Shown in pieces: positions 1 to 9,099 of a stretch of DNA of 55,691 bases; the first letter of the stretch is position 1; each line of letters starts with the position of its first letter. The DNA is taken from positions 1-55,691 of the forward strand of contig CABSKV010000001.1 of assembly GCA_902478425.1 (NCBI GenBank), read 5' to 3'. This stretch comes from an uncultured Coriobacteriia bacterium. Its GTDB lineage: Bacteria; Actinomycetota; Coriobacteriia; Coriobacteriales; QAMH01. The position numbers and the translations under genes are program-made. The notes under the pieces were generated by a model. It was not told where the DNA came from, searched no databases, and was given only the letters and a program-made list of their open reading frames with translations.

Positions 1-48
1 CGAGATCTAGTACGGTCTCGTGGGCTCGGAGATGTGTATAAGAGACAG
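1..48. other. Illumina Nextera adapter remnant (assembly/trim artefact, not genomic)
   Basis: nt 1-6 are CGAGAT, the 3' end of P7 (...CATACGAGAT). nt 7-14 are CTAGTACG in the 8-nt i7 index slot (N702 from memory). nt 15-48 are GTCTCGTGGGCTCGGAGATGTGTATAAGAGACAG, the Nextera read-2 adapter including the 19-nt mosaic end. It translates to the well-known artefact peptides MYKRQ (+) and LIHISEPTRP (-) seen at the ends of ORFs 34..1497 and 7..4068. Confidence 0.97.
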
Positions 49-1497
49 GCGTTCAGCCTGCGTGAGGTTGGCGAGTTCGGCACGTCCTCGCTCATCACGC
101 GCACGACGAATGACATCCAGCAGCTCGAGCGCTTCGCCCACATGACGATGACCATTGCGATGATGTCGCCCATCATGTTCGTCGGCGCGGCCCTCATGGC
201 GTTCCAGAAGAGCGTCGAGCTGTCGATCGCCGTCTTCGCGGCCATCCCCATCATGGCGATTATCGTGGCGATCGTCATGAAGTTCACCATCCCGCTGCTG
301 CGCTCCCTGCAGGCCCGCATCGACGACCTCAACCGCGTCACGCGCGAGGGGCTGACGGGCATCCGCGTCATCAGGGCATACAACAAGGAGGACTTCGAGG
401 AAAGGCGCTTCTCGATCGCCAACAAGGTCCTCGCCGACACCAACGTCTCCGTCGCACGTCGCATGTCGGTGCTCATGCCGCTCATCGGCTTCGTCCTCGA
501 CATGGTGATCATCGTCATCGTCTGGGTGGGCGGCCAGCTCGTCGACCTGGGCAGCTTCCAGGCAGGCGATTTGATGGCCATCATCCAGTACGCCATGCTC
601 CTGCTCATGTCGGTGATGATGCTCTCGATGATCTTCATGATCTGGCCGCGTGCCCAGGCTGCCGCCGAGCGTATCACGGCCGTGCTGCAATGCGAGCCGA
701 CCGTCCATGACCCTGACGATGACGAGCGCGCCGAGATTCCCGCAGCCGCGCACGCGCATACGCTGCGCTTCGAGGACGTGGGCTTTTGCTTCGAGGGCGC
801 TGACGAGCCGACGCTCGACGGCATCGACTTCACGCTCGAGGCTGGCAAGACCTATGCGCTCATCGGCGCGACCGGCTCGGGCAAGAGCGTGCTCGTCGAC
901 CTCATCGAGCGTTTCTACGACCCGACACGCGGCCGCATTCTGCTCGACGGCGTCGACATCTCGTGCATCCCGCAAGCCGAGCTGCGTTCGCTCATCTCGT
1001 ACGCGCCGCAGAAGACCACGCTGTTCACGGGAACGATTGCCGACAACATCCGCTACGGCAACATGGGCGCAAGCGACGAGGAGGTCATCGAGGCGGCACG
1101 CGAGGCGGCGGCCTATGACTTCATCATGGAAAAGCCCGAGGGCTTCGAGACCCAGGTCACGCAGGCAGGCGGTGGCTTGTCCGGCGGCCAGAAGCAGCGC
1201 ATCGCCATAGCCCGCGCGCTGGCCAAGAAGGCCGGCCTCTACGTCTTCGACGATTCGTTTTCCGCGCTCGACTTCAAGACAGACGCGCAGGTGCGCGCCA
1301 ACCTCAAGCGTGCGACGAAGGGCGCGACCGTGCTCATCGTGGCGCAGCGTGTCGCCGTCGCGATGGATGCCGATATGGTCATCGTGCTTGACGAGGGCCG
1401 TATCGACTCGATTGGCACGCACGAGGAGCTGCTCGGCGCGAGCGAGGTCTACCACGAGATCGTCGCCTCCCAGATCACGGATGAGGAGGCGAGGTAG
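49..1497 (+). CDS. ABC exporter, fused permease/ATP-binding subunit (5'-partial at contig edge)
   Basis: This is ORF 34..1497 minus the adapter-derived codons. Hydrophobic TM segments are followed by an NBD with Walker A GATGSGKS, signature LSGGQKQR and Walker B LYVFDDSFSALD. The N-terminus is missing. Confidence 0.9.
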   Translation, partial: AFSLREVGEFGTSSLITRTTNDIQQLERFAHMTMTIAMMSPIMFVGAALMAFQKSVELSIAVFAAIPIMAIIVAIVMKFTIPLLRSLQARIDDLNRVTREGLTGIRVIRAYNKEDFEERRFSIANKVLADTNVSVARRMSVLMPLIGFVLDMVIIVIVWVGGQLVDLGSFQAGDLMAIIQYAMLLLMSVMMLSMIFMIWPRAQAAAERITAVLQCEPTVHDPDDDERAEIPAAAHAHTLRFEDVGFCFEGADEPTLDGIDFTLEAGKTYALIGATGSGKSVLVDLIERFYDPTRGRILLDGVDISCIPQAELRSLISYAPQKTTLFTGTIADNIRYGNMGASDEEVIEAAREAAAYDFIMEKPEGFETQVTQAGGGLSGGQKQRIAIARALAKKAGLYVFDDSFSALDFKTDAQVRANLKRATKGATVLIVAQRVAVAMDADMVIVLDEGRIDSIGTHEELLGASEVYHEIVASQITDEEAR

Positions 1498-1500
1498 CCG

Positions 1501-3393
1501 ATGTCGCCCCAGCATCCCAATCCGATGCAAGCTGGCCGCAAGGGCGGCCCCCGTGGTCCTCATGGCCCACACGGACCCCATGGCGGCGCGCCGGTCGAGA
1601 AGGCGAAGAACGCCAAGGGTACGGTTCGGCGTCTGCTCACCTTCATCAAGCCCGAGATTCCCAAGATCGTCCTCGTCTTGGTCTGCGCCGTCATCGCCAC
1701 CTTGTTCGATATCCTCTGCCCGCGGCAGCTCGGCATGGCCACGACCGAGATATTCCGCGCCGGTGTCGCGATCGCCAACGGCGAGGTGGGCGCGGGCGTG
1801 AATTTCGAGCTCCTCAAGGAGATACTGCTCATCCTCATCATCTTGTACGTGTGCTATCAGGTGTTCACGTACCTGCAGGCCTTCGTCATGGCGCGCGTCG
1901 CGCAAAACGTCGTCTACTCGCTGCGCCAGCAGACCGAGGAAAAGCTCAACCGCATTCCGCTGTCCTACTACGACTCGCATTCGAAGGGCGACATCCTCTC
2001 GCGCGTCGTCAACGACATCGACCTCATCTCGACGACCCTGCAAGACGGCATGACGCAGGCGCTCACCTCGGTCATCACCATCATCGGCGTCTTCATCATG
2101 ATGATGATCATGAGCCCGCTCGTCACGGTCATCGCGCTGTGCACGCTGCCGGTCTCCGTCGCCCTCACGGCCATCGTCGCCAAGCGCTCGCAGCGTTTCT
2201 TCCTCGCCCAGCAGACATCGCTCGGCATTCTCGACGCGCATATCGAGGAGACGTATGGCGGGCACACGGAGGTCAAGGCGTTCGCGCACGAGCAGGGTGC
2301 TATCGAGGATTTCGAGCGTATCAACAACGAGTACTTCGGACATGCCTGGCGCGCGCAGTTCGTCTCGGGCCTCATCCGCCCGCTCATGATCTTCGTGGGC
2401 AATCTCGCCTACATCGCCATCGTGTGCATCGGCGGATGGCAGGCCATCGTCGGCGCCATCACGGTTGGCGAGGTGCAGGCGTTCACGCAGTACATGCGCA
2501 ACTTCACGCGCCCCATCAGTCAGCTCGCGGGCATCATCAACACCTTCCAGGCCACGATTGCCGGCGCCGAGCGCGTCTTCGAGATCCTTGACCAGCCCGA
2601 GATGAGCGATGAGACCGGCCTGCTGCCCGACACGACGAAGGGCCGTGGTCACATCGAGTTCGAACACGTGCGCTTTGGCTATGACCCCGCCAAGCCCGTC
2701 ATTCACGATCTGTCGGTCGAGGTGCAGCCCGGCCAGATGGTCGCCATCGTGGGTCCCACAGGCGCGGGCAAGACGACGCTCGTCAACTTGCTCATGCGCT
2801 TCTACGAGATCGATGCGGGTGCAATCCTGCTCGACGGGCGCGATATCCGCAGCATCAAGCGCGATGAGCTGCGTGCCCACATGGGCATGGTGCTCCAGGA
2901 TACCTGGCTGTTCAACGGCACCATACGCGACAACATCGCCTATGGCGTTGACGAGGCAAGCGGCGAGGACATCGAGCGTGCCGCGCGTGCGGCCCACGTC
3001 GATCACTTCATCCACACGCTTCCCGACGGCTACGACACCGTCATCAACGAGGAGGCTTCCAACATATCGGCGGGCCAGCGCCAGCTCATCACCATCGCTC
3101 GCGCCCTGCTCGCCGACCCCGAAATCCTCATTCTCGACGAGGCGACCAGCTCCATCGACACGCGCACCGAGCGCCTCGTGCAGCATGCGATGACCGAGCT
3201 TGCGAGCACGCGCACGAGCTTCGTCATCGCGCATCGCCTGTCGACCATCCGCGACGCGGACGTGATTCTCGTGCTGAGGGAAGGCGACATCGTCGAGATG
3301 GGCACGCACGAGCAGCTCCTGCTGCAGGATGGCTTCTACGCCGAGCTTTACAACTCGCAGTTCAGCGATTGCATCGACGAGGTCGACTACTAA
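1501..3393 (+). CDS. ABC exporter, fused permease/ATP-binding subunit (partner of the upstream gene; heterodimeric type-1 exporter)
   Basis: The ATG lies 3 nt after the upstream stop with SD GAGGAGG. A TM domain is followed by Walker A GPTGAGKTT, signature ISAGQRQL, Walker B ILILDEATSSID and H-loop AHRLST. The N-terminus carries a GPRGPHGPHGPHGG repeat. Confidence 0.93.
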   Translation: MSPQHPNPMQAGRKGGPRGPHGPHGPHGGAPVEKAKNAKGTVRRLLTFIKPEIPKIVLVLVCAVIATLFDILCPRQLGMATTEIFRAGVAIANGEVGAGVNFELLKEILLILIILYVCYQVFTYLQAFVMARVAQNVVYSLRQQTEEKLNRIPLSYYDSHSKGDILSRVVNDIDLISTTLQDGMTQALTSVITIIGVFIMMMIMSPLVTVIALCTLPVSVALTAIVAKRSQRFFLAQQTSLGILDAHIEETYGGHTEVKAFAHEQGAIEDFERINNEYFGHAWRAQFVSGLIRPLMIFVGNLAYIAIVCIGGWQAIVGAITVGEVQAFTQYMRNFTRPISQLAGIINTFQATIAGAERVFEILDQPEMSDETGLLPDTTKGRGHIEFEHVRFGYDPAKPVIHDLSVEVQPGQMVAIVGPTGAGKTTLVNLLMRFYEIDAGAILLDGRDIRSIKRDELRAHMGMVLQDTWLFNGTIRDNIAYGVDEASGEDIERAARAAHVDHFIHTLPDGYDTVINEEASNISAGQRQLITIARALLADPEILILDEATSSIDTRTERLVQHAMTELASTRTSFVIAHRLSTIRDADVILVLREGDIVEMGTHEQLLLQDGFYAELYNSQFSDCIDEVDY

Positions 3394-3432
3394 CGGGCAA
3401 GACAAGAGTCGCCTGCCCGGCGGCTGTCTTTT
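3394..3432 (+). terminator. Candidate intrinsic terminator after the ABC pair
   Basis: Nested imperfect stems (CGGGCA/TGCCCG and AGACA/TGTCT) are followed by TCTTTT, immediately after the stop codon. Confidence 0.35.
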
Positions 3433-3486
3433 CCATAGCGTATAATTCGCGAGACGAATCTGCTTTTCGATGCATGGAGGGATGCA

Positions 3487-4152
3487 TTGATACGCGTTGC
3501 CGCTTTCGATCTGGACGGAACGATCATAGACGGGGAGTCGCCGCTCAAGCTCACGACGAGCTTGCTGCGCCATCGTCAGCTGCCCATACACAAGGCCTTC
3601 CTCATGGGCATCTGGGGCATTCGCTATCGTCTGCGCCTGCCGCTCGTCGAGTCTACGCCCCGCGAGCTCCTGTTCTCGGCGCTCACCGAGCCGACGGTCG
3701 AGGAAGTCGATGCCGAGATCATGGATGTGTTCGAGCGCCGCATTCGCAAGCGCATACGCCCCGGTGCCGTGCGCGAGATCGAGCGTTGCCGCGAGGACGG
3801 CATGAAGATCGTCCTGGCATCCGCCTCCTTCAAGCCCATCACCACGACGATCGTCGAGGAGTTTGGCTTTGACGGCCAGGTCTCGACCATCATGGAGGAG
3901 AAGGACGGTCATTACACCGGTCGCGTCGTCGGCGTGCCCGTGCAGGGGCGCGAGAAGTTGCGCCTGCTCGTCCAGCTCTGCAACGACATGTTCGGCCCGG
4001 GTAATTGGGTGCTCGAGCGCGCCTATAGCGACCATTACAGCGACATTCCCATGCTCGAGCATGCACACGAGGTCACGGTCGTCGACCCGGACAAGAAGCT
4101 CGAGCGCATCGCCAAGAGGCGTGGCTGGGAGATTGTCGACTGGGATTCGTGA
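3487..4152 (+). CDS. HAD-IB family hydrolase (SerB-like phosphatase fold)
   Basis: Carries HAD motif I FDLDGTIID, a later SAS motif and a C-terminal D-rich motif (YSDHYSD). It uses a TTG start. Confidence 0.8.
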   Translation: MIRVAAFDLDGTIIDGESPLKLTTSLLRHRQLPIHKAFLMGIWGIRYRLRLPLVESTPRELLFSALTEPTVEEVDAEIMDVFERRIRKRIRPGAVREIERCREDGMKIVLASASFKPITTTIVEEFGFDGQVSTIMEEKDGHYTGRVVGVPVQGREKLRLLVQLCNDMFGPGNWVLERAYSDHYSDIPMLEHAHEVTVVDPDKKLERIAKRRGWEIVDWDS

Positions 4153-5006
4153 TCATGGATCTCTCGGCTGCAAGGCTCGACGCATTCACCGAGACCGTCT
4201 GGGAGCAGGGGCGCGAGCTCTATCGCGACCTGCCCTGGCGCAATACCTACGATCCCTATGCAATCTTTCTTTCCGAGGTCATGCTCCAACAGACCCAGGT
4301 CTCGCGCGTCATGGGCCGCTGGGAGCAGTGGCTCGACACGTTTCCGACCATCGCCGACCTCGCCGCTGCACCATTGCCGCCGGTACTCGAGTTGTGGCAG
4401 GGCATGGGCTATAACCGCCGAGCGCTCAACCTCAAGCGCTGCGCCGAGGAAGTCGTCGCCACGTATGGCGGCGAGATCCCGAGCGACAAGAAGGCGCTGT
4501 TGGCCTTGCCCGGCATCGGCCCTTCGACATCTGCAGGTGTGCGCATATTTGCATTCCAGCAGCCTGACATGTACCTCGAGACGAACGTACGCGCCGTGTT
4601 CATCCACGAGTTCTTCGACGAGCACGAAGTCGTGAGCGACAAGCAACTCATCCCGCTCGTCGAGGCGACCTGTCCCGCCGACGAGCGCGTGCGCGATTGG
4701 TACTACGCTCTGCTCGACTATGGTGCGCACCTGAAGAAGACGATGGTCAACCCCACGCGCAAGAGCAAGCACTACACGCGCCAGTCCAAGTTCGAGGGAA
4801 GCCATCGGCAAAAGCGCGCCTATCTGCTGCGGCGCGTCATAGACGATGCCCTGACGAGCGAGGAGCTGGCGCGTGACCTAGCGCAAAGCGAGCAGGAGGC
4901 GGGGCGCGAGGCACCTTCGCTCGAGGAGACCCGCGCCATACTCGCCGAGCTCGAACGCGAGGGTTTCATCGTGCGTCAGGGGGATGCGTGGCTGTGCGCG
5001 GAATAG
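4149..5006 (+). CDS. HhH-GPD DNA glycosylase, MutY-like but without the Fe-S cluster loop or NUDIX domain
   Basis: LPWRNTYDPYAIFLSEVMLQQTQV, GMGYNRRALNL and LPGIGPSTS (HhH-GPD) align with the MutY N-domain. No Cys-X6-C-X2-C-X5-C motif is present. The start is either GTG 4149 (overlapping the upstream stop) or ATG 4155. Confidence 0.8.
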   Translation: MIMDLSAARLDAFTETVWEQGRELYRDLPWRNTYDPYAIFLSEVMLQQTQVSRVMGRWEQWLDTFPTIADLAAAPLPPVLELWQGMGYNRRALNLKRCAEEVVATYGGEIPSDKKALLALPGIGPSTSAGVRIFAFQQPDMYLETNVRAVFIHEFFDEHEVVSDKQLIPLVEATCPADERVRDWYYALLDYGAHLKKTMVNPTRKSKHYTRQSKFEGSHRQKRAYLLRRVIDDALTSEELARDLAQSEQEAGREAPSLEETRAILAELEREGFIVRQGDAWLCAE

Positions 5007-5068
5007 CCGAAGGCGCAGCTGTGCTAGAATGCCCAGTCAACGCAAGCTAAACGAAGGTATTCACGTAC

Positions 5069-5917
5069 ATGTCTCAATGCAAACCGACTTACGCATTTCT
5101 TGGTCCCATCGGAACCTTTTCCGACATGGCGGTGCGCGCGCTCGTCGAGCGCGGCTCGCTGCCCGCCGATTACGAGCCGCTGCCCTGCGAATCGCTCCCC
5201 GAGGTCTTCGAGGCCGTCGAGCGCGGCAAGGCGGAGTACGGCATCGTCCCCATCGAGAACTCGCTCGAGGGTTCGGTCACGGCCGTCCTCGACGCGTTTG
5301 CCTTCACCTCGCGCGCGGAGATTCTGGGAGAAATCGCCATCGACATCCACCAGGCGCTCCTGCTCAATCCGGATGCCACGCTCGATGATGTGACGACCAT
5401 CGCCTCGCACACCCAGGGCATCGGGCAGTGCCGTCGCTGGATTAACCAGAACCTTCCCGGACGCCAGCTGCGTCTCGCCAATTCGACGGCCGCAGCCGCC
5501 GAGATGGCCGCCGCCGACAAGACCGTCGCCGCCATTGCAGCGCCGCTTGCCGCCGAGATCTGCGGCATCAACGTCTACGAGGAAGCCATCGAGGACAACC
5601 TGAGCAGCCAGACGCGTTTCGTCATCATCGGCAAGGGCCCGGTCGCGCACGAGGGTCCGGGCAAGAGTACGCTCGCGCTCTTCATGAACGCCGACCGTCC
5701 GGGCACGCTGCAGATGATCCTGTCGGAGCTCTTCTTCGCCGGCGTCAACCTCACGATGGTCCAGTCGCGCCCGACCAAGCAGGACCTGGGCGACTACATG
5801 TTCTTCATGGATATCGACGGATACGCCGACGATCCCAATATCCAGATCGCGCTCAACTGCCTGCGCATGAAGATGCGCGAGGTCAAGGTCATCGGCTCGT
5901 ATCCACGCAGCGTCTGA
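5069..5917 (+). CDS. pheA: Prephenate dehydratase
   Basis: Has a PDT domain (AFLGPIGTFSDMA, TRF motif region) plus a C-terminal ACT domain (LALFMNADRPGTLQMIL, ESRP-like SRPTK). Confidence 0.9.
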   Translation: MSQCKPTYAFLGPIGTFSDMAVRALVERGSLPADYEPLPCESLPEVFEAVERGKAEYGIVPIENSLEGSVTAVLDAFAFTSRAEILGEIAIDIHQALLLNPDATLDDVTTIASHTQGIGQCRRWINQNLPGRQLRLANSTAAAAEMAAADKTVAAIAAPLAAEICGINVYEEAIEDNLSSQTRFVIIGKGPVAHEGPGKSTLALFMNADRPGTLQMILSELFFAGVNLTMVQSRPTKQDLGDYMFFMDIDGYADDPNIQIALNCLRMKMREVKVIGSYPRSV

Positions 5918-5938
5918 GAATGCCGTATACTTACCCAC

Positions 5939-7099
5939 ATGCAAACGTGGATACACTACTTGCTAATCTTTGCCATTGCCTTTGCCGCGACGGCCGCCTT
6001 CGTTCCTCCCGTCAGGCGCTTCGCGACGGCACGTGGCATCGTCGATGAGCCCGGTCCGCGCCGCGTCAATCGCAGGCCCGTTCCGCGCATGGGCGGCATC
6101 GCCATGTTCGGCGGTCTGCTCGTCGCCATCATCATCGAATACATCGGCGAGCGCACCGGCTTCTGGAACGGCCCCCTCTACATTCCGGGCGAGGTGAACA
6201 TCAGGTCCCTCGGCGTGCTCATCGGGCTTGCCTTCATCGTGATCGTGGGCATCATCGATGACGTGCGCAACCTCGGGGCGGGCGTGAAGTTCGTCGGCCA
6301 GGTGATCGCGTCATGCATCATCGCGGGTACGGGCACGGTTCTGCATGCGTTTCAGATTCCCGGTTCCGCGCTTGTCATCGACTTCGGGATTTGGGCCTAT
6401 CCCATCACGGTCATATACCTCGTCTGCTTCATCAACATCATCAACCTCATCGACGGCCTCGACGGCCTGGCCGCTGGCATCACGGGCATGGCGGCAATCA
6501 CGCTCTTCATCATGTTCATGACGCTGCAGCAGACCGAGGCCGCGCTGCTCGCGGCAATCACCGCTGCGGTGGCCGGTGCCTTTCTCATCTATAACTTCTA
6601 CCCGGCAAGCATCTTCATGGGCGATTCCGGCTCGATGCTACTCGGCTTGCTACTCGGCTCGGTCTCCCTGGTGGGCACCACGCGCCTGCTTTCGGTGACG
6701 CTGCTCATCGTTCCCATCATCGTGGCGCTCATCCCCATCATCGACACGGCTGCTGCCATCGTGCGTCGCCTGCGCAAGCACGAGTCGATCGCCACGCCCG
6801 ATGCCGGCCACATTCACCACCGCCTGCTCCTGCGCGGCTACTCGCAGCGCAAGGCGGTGCTGCTCATCTACTTGTGGACGGCCATACTCTGCATCGGCAC
6901 CCTGCTCATGTGGGTGCTCGGCGGCGCGGCCAAGCTGGTGATCTTCATCTTGCTGCTCATCGCCTCGGCCATCATCGTCTATAAGATCGGCCTGTTTGAT
7001 CCGGTGCGCCAGCGTCACGGCCGCGGTGACGTCGTGTACGACACCAATGGCATCGATCCCGAACACGAGCCACCCCATGACGAGCACCCCGGAGCATAG
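5939..7099 (+). CDS. Glycosyltransferase family 4, polyprenyl-phosphate HexNAc-1-phosphate transferase (WecA/TagO/MraY family)
   Basis: Polytopic membrane protein with the motifs IIDDVRNL, NLIDGLDGLA and FMGDSGS. Confidence 0.88.
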   Translation: MQTWIHYLLIFAIAFAATAAFVPPVRRFATARGIVDEPGPRRVNRRPVPRMGGIAMFGGLLVAIIIEYIGERTGFWNGPLYIPGEVNIRSLGVLIGLAFIVIVGIIDDVRNLGAGVKFVGQVIASCIIAGTGTVLHAFQIPGSALVIDFGIWAYPITVIYLVCFINIINLIDGLDGLAAGITGMAAITLFIMFMTLQQTEAALLAAITAAVAGAFLIYNFYPASIFMGDSGSMLLGLLLGSVSLVGTTRLLSVTLLIVPIIVALIPIIDTAAAIVRRLRKHESIATPDAGHIHHRLLLRGYSQRKAVLLIYLWTAILCIGTLLMWVLGGAAKLVIFILLLIASAIIVYKIGLFDPVRQRHGRGDVVYDTNGIDPEHEPPHDEHPGA

Positions 7100-9005
7100 C
7101 AACACCCCTGATCTGCGCGAGCAGCTCAAGAGCGTGCCCGAGAGCCCGGGCTGCTATTTGTGGAAGAACGCCGAGGGCGAGATACTCTACGTCGGCAAGG
7201 CCGTTGACCTGCGCGCGCGCATGATGCAGTACGTCTCCGGGCAAGACGAGCGCCTCAAGATCCCGTTCATGATGGAGCAGGTCGCCTCCTTCGACTACAT
7301 CGTGGTGAACAACGAGACCGAATCCCTCGTGCTCGAGAAAAACCTCATCCAGCAGTACAACCCGCCCTTCAACGTCGACTATCGCGACAACAAGAGCTAT
7401 CCGTTCATCGCCATCACCAAGAGCGCGGCCTATCCGGCCATCAAGTTCACGCGCGAGAAGCACAAGAGCGGCACGCGCTACTTCGGGCCCTACACCGATG
7501 CGCGGGCGGCGCGCGAGACCATCGACACCGTGCGGCGCATCGTGCCCATCTGCGCGGTGACCTGCGAGCAATACCGCAAGATGACGCGCATGATCGAGGC
7601 GGGGCGTTGGCCGACGCCCGACGACAAGGCCTGTTTCGCCTATCACATCGGCAAGGGCACGGGGCCGTGCTGCGCGGCCATCACGCCCGAGGAATACGCT
7701 CCGCTCGTCGCTCGCGTCGAGCGCTTTCTGGCTGGCGAGCGCGATGAGTTCGTGGGCGAGCTCGAGGCCGAGATGAAGGAGGCGGCAGCCGAGCTCGACT
7801 TCGAGCACGCCGCCCGTGCGCGCGATCGCCTCGAGGCCACCAAGGCGCTGCAGGAAAAGCAGAAGGCGGTGCTCTCGCGTCCGCTCAACATCGATGTCAT
7901 CGGGTTCTTCCGCGAGGAGACCATTGCCGCCGCTCACGTCTTCGTCGTGCGTAACGGCCGCATCATCATCAGCAACGACTTCGTGCTCGACAAGGGCCTC
8001 AACGTCCCCGAGGCAGACCTCGTGGGCCAGTTTCTCTCCAAGTACTATGACCAGACGACCGAGTTGCCGCACGAGGTGGTCATCGCCGAGCACCTGCCCG
8101 AAGAAGTGACGCGTCCGCTCGAGCAATGGCTCACCGAACGGCTCGCGAGCCCGCATGGCGCCAAAGTGCACGTCGTCGTGCCCGAGCGCGGCGAGCGCAG
8201 CCAACTACTCGAGCTCGCGGCGCTCAATGCCAAGCACGCGCTCATGCGTCATAAGATGCGCACGCGCTACGACGAGGAGCGCATCGATTTGGCGTTGCTG
8301 CAGCTCGAAAGCGCGCTCGCGCTACCCGAGCCGCCCATGCGCATCGAGTGCTTCGACATCTCGACCATCCACGGCAACTACTCGGTTGCCTCGATGGTCG
8401 TCTTCACGGGCGGCAAGCCCGACAAATCGCAGTACCGCCGCTTCAAGATTCGCAAGGAATACGGTGAGGCAAACGACTTTGCCATGATGAGCGAGGTGCT
8501 GCGTCGCCGCTATGCGCCCGAGCGCATGGAAGACGAGCGCTTTGGCAGCCGCCCTGACCTGCTCATACTCGACGGCGGCAAGCCACAGCTCACGGCTGCC
8601 ATCAACGAGCTATCCGAGCTCGGTCTTGACATCCCCATGGCAGGCCTGGCCAAGAAGGACGAGGAGCTCTACGTACCCTGGGACGATACGGGCCCGGTCG
8701 TGCTGCCAAGCGGCAGCCCCTCGCTCTACCTCGTCAAGCACGTGCGTGACGAGGCGCACCGCTTCGCTATCACCTTCCATCGCGAGCTGCGCGACAAGGG
8801 CATGGTCGCCTCCATCCTCGATGACGTGCCCGGCTTGGGTCCCAAGCGCCGCAAGCAGCTCCTCAAGCACTTCGGCAGCGTCAAGCGCATGCGCGAAGCA
8901 AGTCTTGAGGAGATCGAGGCCGTGCCGGGTATACCCAAGCAGGTCGCCGAAGACCTCTACGCCGTCATCCTCGATTTCGACGCCGAGCATGGGTCCGATA
9001 GCTAA
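7077..9005 (+). CDS. uvrC: Excinuclease ABC subunit C
   Basis: Has a GIY-YIG N-domain (PGCYLWKNAEGEILYVGKAVDLRARM), a UVR domain (LDFEHAARARD), an endonuclease domain and a C-terminal HhH2 (PGLGPKRRKQLLKHFGS). The ORF opens at 6996 inside the upstream gene; ATG 7077 (or 7047) is the more plausible start. Confidence 0.92.
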   Translation: MTSTPEHSNTPDLREQLKSVPESPGCYLWKNAEGEILYVGKAVDLRARMMQYVSGQDERLKIPFMMEQVASFDYIVVNNETESLVLEKNLIQQYNPPFNVDYRDNKSYPFIAITKSAAYPAIKFTREKHKSGTRYFGPYTDARAARETIDTVRRIVPICAVTCEQYRKMTRMIEAGRWPTPDDKACFAYHIGKGTGPCCAAITPEEYAPLVARVERFLAGERDEFVGELEAEMKEAAAELDFEHAARARDRLEATKALQEKQKAVLSRPLNIDVIGFFREETIAAAHVFVVRNGRIIISNDFVLDKGLNVPEADLVGQFLSKYYDQTTELPHEVVIAEHLPEEVTRPLEQWLTERLASPHGAKVHVVVPERGERSQLLELAALNAKHALMRHKMRTRYDEERIDLALLQLESALALPEPPMRIECFDISTIHGNYSVASMVVFTGGKPDKSQYRRFKIRKEYGEANDFAMMSEVLRRRYAPERMEDERFGSRPDLLILDGGKPQLTAAINELSELGLDIPMAGLAKKDEELYVPWDDTGPVVLPSGSPSLYLVKHVRDEAHRFAITFHRELRDKGMVASILDDVPGLGPKRRKQLLKHFGSVKRMREASLEEIEAVPGIPKQVAEDLYAVILDFDAEHGSDS

Positions 9006-9099
9006 AAGCGTGACGGTTCGCGCGTGGACAAGCGACGGGCCATCATCACGCACTCGCGGTATACTGTGAGCTCCTGCAATTTCGATAAAGGGGAGTCTT

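Noticed and set aside
3441-3446. Isolated TATAAT/TAGAAT hexamers (3441, 11978, 5025, 24661) as promoters
   Set aside because: No acceptable -35 element lies at 16-18 nt spacing. A few such hexamers are expected by chance in 55 kb, so I did not list them as features.
7-4068. A 1353-aa ORF on the minus strand spanning both ABC genes and the HAD gene
   Set aside because: This is a shadow ORF typical of GC-rich DNA. Its composition is low-complexity and R/A/D/H-rich, with no domain motifs. It lies antisense to three ORFs with clear Walker and HAD motifs, and its C-terminus (LIHISEPTRPY) is translated adapter.
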